A DNA stretch of 64,000 bases from Prevotella sp. (lineage in GTDB: Bacteria; Bacteroidota; Bacteroidia; Bacteroidales; Bacteroidaceae). The notes beneath the pieces were generated by a model. The model saw only the letters and a program-made list of their open reading frames with translations, searched no databases and was not told where the DNA came from. Each line of letters starts with the position of its first letter. Position 1 is the first letter of the stretch. Both the position numbers and the translations under genes were made by a program. Below are positions 57,860-64,000 of this stretch, one piece after another. Where the stretch lies: positions 1,706 to 65,705 of the forward strand of contig JAFPWS010000013.1 in assembly GCA_017412705.1 (NCBI GenBank). The letters are read 5' to 3'.

Positions 57860-59110
57860 TTATTTTTTGATGTATTTCTCTACCATGTCTATCAGGTCTT
57901 CCACACGGAAGGGCTTGGCCATGAACTCATCGCATCCCGCAGCCTTGGCCTCGCGGATGTTCTCATCAAAGGCATAGGCGCTGAGGGCTACTACAGGGAC
58001 ATTGTGGTTCACCTCCTTGATGATGCGCGTAGCGTCCAGACCGTTCATGTCCGGCATACGGATGTCCATCAGAATCATGTCAGGATGCTCGTCCTCACAA
58101 TAGGTGACAGCCTCGATGCCGTTGTGGGCCCGCAGCAGGCGATAGCGCTTCGAGAGCACGATCTTCACCAGCTCGTAGTTGCTGTCCTCGTCTTCGGCCA
58201 CAAGAATAAGTGGAGCGTTGCTCAGGTCGGTCTTGGTGGTTGCACGAATGGTGCGCGAGTTTGTCGTGATACGGCTGTTCTTAGCCACACCGCCGATGGT
58301 TCCCTCGAAGGGTATCACGAAGCGGAACGTTGAACCTTCGCCCAGCTTCGACTGTACGCTGATGTGTCCATCCATTTTTTCGACGATGGTCTTACACAGG
58401 GCCAGGCCTAAACCATAGCCGTTCTGTGTCTCGGCATCACGTGACACGTAAGTGCCGAAGATGGAGTTCAGGTCTTCCGGAGCAATTCCGGAGCCGGTGT
58501 CTGTCACAAAGAACTCCACCTCAGTACCGTCGTTTACCAGTCTGTAGCCGTAGGTGATGCTACCCTGGGAAGTATGCTTCAGCGCATTGCTGATTAAGTT
58601 GGAGAACACCTGTGTCAGACGGTTCGGGTCGGTGTTGAGCGCTACCTTCATGTTGGGCTGGTTCCATACCAGCTGTACCGTATCCGGGCAGCGGAACTTG
58701 AAGATGTTACGGAGTCCGTGACACAGGTCGTTCAAATCGGTTATCGACTTCTTGATGGAAAGCTCGCCCGCCTCTACGCGCGACAGGTCCAGAATGTCGT
58801 CTATCAGCGACATCAGGCGGTTGTTGTTGCTCTCCACAATCTCCATGTACTTCATGCGTTCCTCGGATGAGTCTGTCTCAGCCATCACACGCGAGAAACC
58901 TTCAATCGCATTCAGCGGGGTACGTATTTCATGGCTCATATTAGCCAGGAACAGCGACTTCATGCGGCTTGCCTTCTCCGCCTTTTGTGCCATTTCTTCA
59001 TATTGTGCCAACTTGTCCTTGGCAGCTTGAAGCTCCAACTCTGTCGCACGCAGCTTAGAGTTTGCTTCAGCTATTTTTTGCAGTAGAATTTCGCGTTCGT
59101 CTTGATTCAT
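57860..59110 (-). CDS. Hybrid histidine kinase-response regulator without a sensor domain
   Basis: MSHEIRTPLN, N/G boxes, receiver LMDIRMP..NG and KP. Confidence 0.93.
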   Translation of the reverse strand: MNQDEREILLQKIAEANSKLRATELELQAAKDKLAQYEEMAQKAEKASRMKSLFLANMSHEIRTPLNAIEGFSRVMAETDSSEERMKYMEIVESNNNRLMSLIDDILDLSRVEAGELSIKKSITDLNDLCHGLRNIFKFRCPDTVQLVWNQPNMKVALNTDPNRLTQVFSNLISNALKHTSQGSITYGYRLVNDGTEVEFFVTDTGSGIAPEDLNSIFGTYVSRDAETQNGYGLGLALCKTIVEKMDGHISVQSKLGEGSTFRFVIPFEGTIGGVAKNSRITTNSRTIRATTKTDLSNAPLILVAEDEDSNYELVKIVLSKRYRLLRAHNGIEAVTYCEDEHPDMILMDIRMPDMNGLDATRIIKEVNHNVPVVALSAYAFDENIREAKAAGCDEFMAKPFRVEDLIDMVEKYIKK

Positions 59111-59186
59111 GATATACCAATTCGCGTATAAATCGGTGCAAAGTTATCAATTTTTTATGAATTAGACGAATAATTTGTGAAAAATT

Positions 59187-60371
59187 TTATGCTCTCTTTG
59201 CTTTTTCCCACGCCCCGCTGCTCTGATGTGTACGCAGATAGCGCATTCCGCGGAAAACGTTAATATTCATAAAAAGGAAATAATAGCAGACGTAGAGCAA
59301 TTTGTTCTTGTGTCCTTTCTTGTCCAGCAGCCATCCTAACCACGCAGCCACATAGAACAGCAGCTGCAGCACCCAGATGATGTTGTAGACGGTGCCTGCC
59401 TTCATCATCACCAGCAGCACGTTCAGCGGAATCAGCGTCATCAGGGCTATGGGGGTGATGCTCCAGCGCAGCACGCGGTGCGATACAAACTGGAAGGCGA
59501 CGATGAACCTGCGGAAGGGATTCATCATGCTGCGCAGCCACCAGACGCTCTGTAGTCCTCCTGCCGCAATACGACGCTTGCGTTTCGACTCCTCTTCCAG
59601 GTTTGCCGAACCGTACTCCATCGCATAAGCTTCTGAGCTATAGGCAATTCTGTAGCCTCTGTCAACCATTCTCATGGACATCACGAAGTCGTCCAGCAGC
59701 GCATTCTCGGGCATCGGCTCATAGAGTTTTGTGCGGATGGCGTTCAGCTCTCCTGCTGCACCCATAGCCGAGTACAGCTCGCTGTCCCAGCGCTTCAGCG
59801 TGCTCTCGTAGCGCCAGTAGAGTCCCTCGCCCTCAGCGGCTGTCTGCCCCTCATGACGGGCCATCACCCGTTTCTCGCCAGCCACACAGGCCACCTGCGG
59901 GTCCATGAAGCAGCGGGCTATCTCGCGTACGGCCCCAGGGTTGATCATCGTGTTGGCGTCCGTCATCATCGTGATGTCGGTCTTCACCTGGCTGATGCCG
60001 TGATTCAGCGCTGCTGTCTTGCCCTTACGCTCTGGGGTAAAGACGATTTCCACCTCAGGATAGCGGCTCAACCGTTCGTTGGTCTCGTCCGACGACCCGT
60101 CTGTCACCCACATGATGTGCAGCTTGTCCTTGGGATAGTCCAGTTGGTGCGTGTTTTCCATCTTCATGTCGACGATGTCCTGCTCGTTGTAGGCGCAGAT
60201 GAGCAGGGTGACGTCGGGTAACGCCTCGTCAGCGGGAAGGACAGCCTGTGTGCCCTTTCCCCTGACCATGCGTTTGATGCGTACCAGCAACCACAGCAGC
60301 ATACCATATCCCAAATAGGTGTAGAATACGAGAACGATACATACCCAGAAGGCTATCTTCAGTGCGGTCAT
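59187..60371 (-). CDS. GT2 processive-type glycosyltransferase (PgaC/IcaA-like)
   Basis: AYNE, DGSSD, GKTAALN, DAN, DD and flanking TMs. Confidence 0.9.
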   Translation of the reverse strand: MTALKIAFWVCIVLVFYTYLGYGMLLWLLVRIKRMVRGKGTQAVLPADEALPDVTLLICAYNEQDIVDMKMENTHQLDYPKDKLHIMWVTDGSSDETNERLSRYPEVEIVFTPERKGKTAALNHGISQVKTDITMMTDANTMINPGAVREIARCFMDPQVACVAGEKRVMARHEGQTAAEGEGLYWRYESTLKRWDSELYSAMGAAGELNAIRTKLYEPMPENALLDDFVMSMRMVDRGYRIAYSSEAYAMEYGSANLEEESKRKRRIAAGGLQSVWWLRSMMNPFRRFIVAFQFVSHRVLRWSITPIALMTLIPLNVLLVMMKAGTVYNIIWVLQLLFYVAAWLGWLLDKKGHKNKLLYVCYYFLFMNINVFRGMRYLRTHQSSGAWEKAKRA

Positions 60372-60383
60372 AGTGGTAGTGGT

Positions 60384-61964
60384 TTAAGAGTTCGTTTCTA
60401 TTTCTTCCTGCATGTCAATAAATTGGCGGTCCTTGTCGTAGAACTCATACTGGAGGAATGCCAGCTTCTGCGACGGGATGATGCGTACTCCCATACCGTA
60501 CTTCATCTGCCACTGGCGCTTCATTGACCAGAGGCCCTGGTTGATGTAGGCGGCTACGTAGGGGTGGACGTGCAGGTAGAACTTGCGGATGCCTATCTTG
60601 TTGACCAGGCGGTCAATCTTGCTCTCCAATTGGTCCGTAAACAGGATAGACGACTTGATTTTGCCCTTTCCAAAGCAGGTGGGGCAGGTTTCCTCAACAT
60701 TGACATCCATCGCCGGACGGACGCGCTGACGCGTAATCTGCATCAGTCCGAACTTCGACAGCGGCAGGATGTTATGGCGTGCTCTGTCTTTCTCCATGTT
60801 CTTGCACATGCGTTCATAGAGCATCTGACGGTCCTCAGCCAGGTTCATGTCGATGAAGTCGACCACGATGATGCCGCCCATGTCTCGCAGACGCAGCTGG
60901 CGAGCCAGCTCGTCGGCAGCACCGAGGTTCACCTCCAGTGCGTTGGCCTCCTGACCGTTTTCTGCGCGAGTGCGATTGCCCGAGTTGACGTCTACGACGT
61001 GCATAGCCTCCGTGTGCTGGATAATCAGGTAGGCGCCGCGTTTGTAGTTGACCGTCCTTCCGAATGACGACTTCAGTTGTTTGGTGACGTTGAAATTGTC
61101 GAAGATGGGCACGTTGCCCGTGTACATCTTGACAATGCCCTGCTTGTCGGGAGCTATCAGACTCACGTAGTCCCTGACTTGCTCGAAGATTGCTTCGTCG
61201 TTCACGTAGATACCGTCGTAGGTTGGGTCAAATACGTCGCGCAGCAGAGCAACGGCTCTGCCTGTCTCCTCATAAACCAGCTGGGGAGTCTTGGGGGCTT
61301 TCTGTGCCCTTGTGATGGTGTCTTCCCATCGCTTGACGAGTGTCTTCATCTCTTTGTCCAGCTCTGCCACACGCTTGCCTTCGGCCGATGTGCGTACTAT
61401 CACGCCGAAGTGCTTGGGACGGATGCTCTGAACCAGTTGCTTCAGACGGGCTCGCTCCTCGCTTTTCTTGATTTTTGATGAAACCGAAACCTTATCGCCA
61501 AAGGGCATCAGCACCATGTAGCGCCCTGCAAAGCTCAGCTCGGCAGTCAGACGGGGACCCTTGGTGGAGATGGGTTCCTTGACCACCTGTACCAGCAGTT
61601 CCTGTCCCTGTTTCAGCGTCGTTTGCACGCTGCCGTCCTTGGGCAGGTCGGGCTGGCGTGTCGCCTTCGATAGCGGATAAAGTTTTTTCTTGTCGCTTTG
61701 TACCTGTTTAAGGTACTTCTCGTAAGAGCTGTATTGAGTGCCCAAGTCAAGATAATGCAAGAAAGCATCACGCTCAGAGCCTACATCTACGAAGCAGGCG
61801 TTGAGTCCGGGCATCAGCTTGCGCACCTTGCCCAGATAGATGTTGCCGACGGAATAGCTGGCCTCCTCGCGTTTCTCGTTCTGGTACTCCACCAGGTTCT
61901 TGTCCTCGAGCAGGGCTATCGAAATCTCTTTCGGCTGAACATCAATGATCAGTTCACTTGTCAT
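60384..61964 (-). CDS. Rne/Rng family ribonuclease
   Basis: S1 domain, KEPISTKGPRL, DVNSG, QLRLRDMGGIIVVDFIDM and CPTC.GKG. Confidence 0.96.
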   Translation of the reverse strand: MTSELIIDVQPKEISIALLEDKNLVEYQNEKREEASYSVGNIYLGKVRKLMPGLNACFVDVGSERDAFLHYLDLGTQYSSYEKYLKQVQSDKKKLYPLSKATRQPDLPKDGSVQTTLKQGQELLVQVVKEPISTKGPRLTAELSFAGRYMVLMPFGDKVSVSSKIKKSEERARLKQLVQSIRPKHFGVIVRTSAEGKRVAELDKEMKTLVKRWEDTITRAQKAPKTPQLVYEETGRAVALLRDVFDPTYDGIYVNDEAIFEQVRDYVSLIAPDKQGIVKMYTGNVPIFDNFNVTKQLKSSFGRTVNYKRGAYLIIQHTEAMHVVDVNSGNRTRAENGQEANALEVNLGAADELARQLRLRDMGGIIVVDFIDMNLAEDRQMLYERMCKNMEKDRARHNILPLSKFGLMQITRQRVRPAMDVNVEETCPTCFGKGKIKSSILFTDQLESKIDRLVNKIGIRKFYLHVHPYVAAYINQGLWSMKRQWQMKYGMGVRIIPSQKLAFLQYEFYDKDRQFIDMQEEIETNS

Positions 61965-62061
61965 GTCTCTTACTTGTTTTAATACTTAAAGGAGCATACC
62001 ATCAAGGCCGGGCGGCCTCTCAGGTACACTCCTTCCATTACTCTTGTGTCAGTCAGAGCGC

Positions 62062-62151
62062 TTACTTGCTCTTATGACGATTCTTGCGCAGTCTCTTCTT
62101 ACGCTTGTGGGTTGCCATCTTGTGGCCCTTCTTTTTCTTTCCGTTTGGCAT
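62062..62151 (-). CDS. Small ribosomal protein bS22 (AURKAIP1/COX24 domain)
   Basis: Below the ORF-track cut-off. Hand translation: MPNGKKKKGHKMATHKRKKRLRKNRHKSK (29 aa). Confidence 0.88.
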   Translation of the reverse strand: MPNGKKKKGHKMATHKRKKRLRKNRHKSK

Positions 62152-62177
62152 AATTGTATAAATTAAATGTTGGTTTA

Positions 62178-62453
62178 TTACTTCATCTTATCAATAAAAC
62201 TCTTGCAGGGCTTGAAGACTGGAATGTCGTGTGCGTCGATAACCAGTGTTGTGTTTTTCGAGATGTTGCGAGCGGTTTTCTTGGCACGGTGCTTGATGGT
62301 AAACGTGCCGAAGCCGCGCAGATAGATGCTCTCGCGGTGTTCTGCCATGTTGGTGCGAATTTCGCTCATGAAGCCTTCAATAGCCAATGCGACATCCTTT
62401 TTCTGGAGTCCTGTGTTTTCGGCAATTCTGCTGATAATATCTGCTTTTGTCAT
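62178..62453 (-). CDS. HU/IHF-family DNA-binding protein
   Basis: MTKADII, LRGFGTF, ARNISKN and P.FKP. Confidence 0.95.
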   Translation of the reverse strand: MTKADIISRIAENTGLQKKDVALAIEGFMSEIRTNMAEHRESIYLRGFGTFTIKHRAKKTARNISKNTTLVIDAHDIPVFKPCKSFIDKMK

Positions 62454-62846
62454 TGCTGTATTTTGTTTAATGTTCTGAATTCGGACTGCAAAGTTACTAA
62501 TTTTCAGCGTGATATGAAAATATTCTCGGCATTTTTTTTCGAAAAAATATGTTTTTCGTAACTTTGCAGCCAAAAATTAATGGTTTTGTAATATGAAACA
62601 GGCCAAAACGGTGGCCTCCGTTAGTGTCCGTCCGCATGAAAACGGCGCACGCCTCCAAGGAGTGCCTTAATAATATAATAAGGAACGTGCGCGAAGTGGG
62701 CAGCCGCATCGGCATCGACGGAACGGCTGGCATTGCCCGGGCGGCAAGACGGCTGGCATTGTCTTAAAAAATAAAAAAATAGGGCGAGATGTTGTTATTC
62801 TCGCTTTTTTTCACTAACTTTGCACAAAATTGTGCATTTACGTATA

Positions 62847-64000
<1,154 letters not shown>

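Overview
64 kb of chromosome from a Bacteroidota bacterium, very probably Prevotellaceae (TAnnTTTG promoters, T9SS-type C-terminal tails, GLPGLI and BlaI/BlaR1 cluster, bS22). The taxon is inferred from gene style, not from a search. About 21.6-34 kb and 41.6-64 kb are core genes (POT transporter, uxaA, tex, rpsF-rpsR-rplI, mtaB, galM/MFS/galK, folC-dnaJ-grpE, cobalamin genes, RNase G/E, bS22, HU, lepA). About 5.8-21.4 kb and 34.4-41.4 kb are accessory: toxin-antitoxin pairs, RhuM, KilA-N and Mob remnants, an LPD3-like nuclease with a candidate structured RNA, secreted enzymes, and several non-coding palindromic elements. Most notable: (1) four apparent fusions of unrelated genes (cvrA::caspase tail, kilA-N::yccF, signal peptide::aldo-keto reductase tail, M23-like::S41-like); (2) a ~20-nt conserved signal-peptide core fronting four unrelated cargo genes; (3) a family of ~75-bp palindromic inserts, one of which appears to have replaced the C-terminus of a gene; (4) a 350-bp nested inverted-repeat element; (5) sigma54-type promoters ahead of both heat-shock loci; (6) a candidate leader/arrest peptide ahead of the nhaD operon. 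No tRNA, rRNA, CRISPR array, integrase or intact transposase was recognised. All family calls are from motif recognition by eye.
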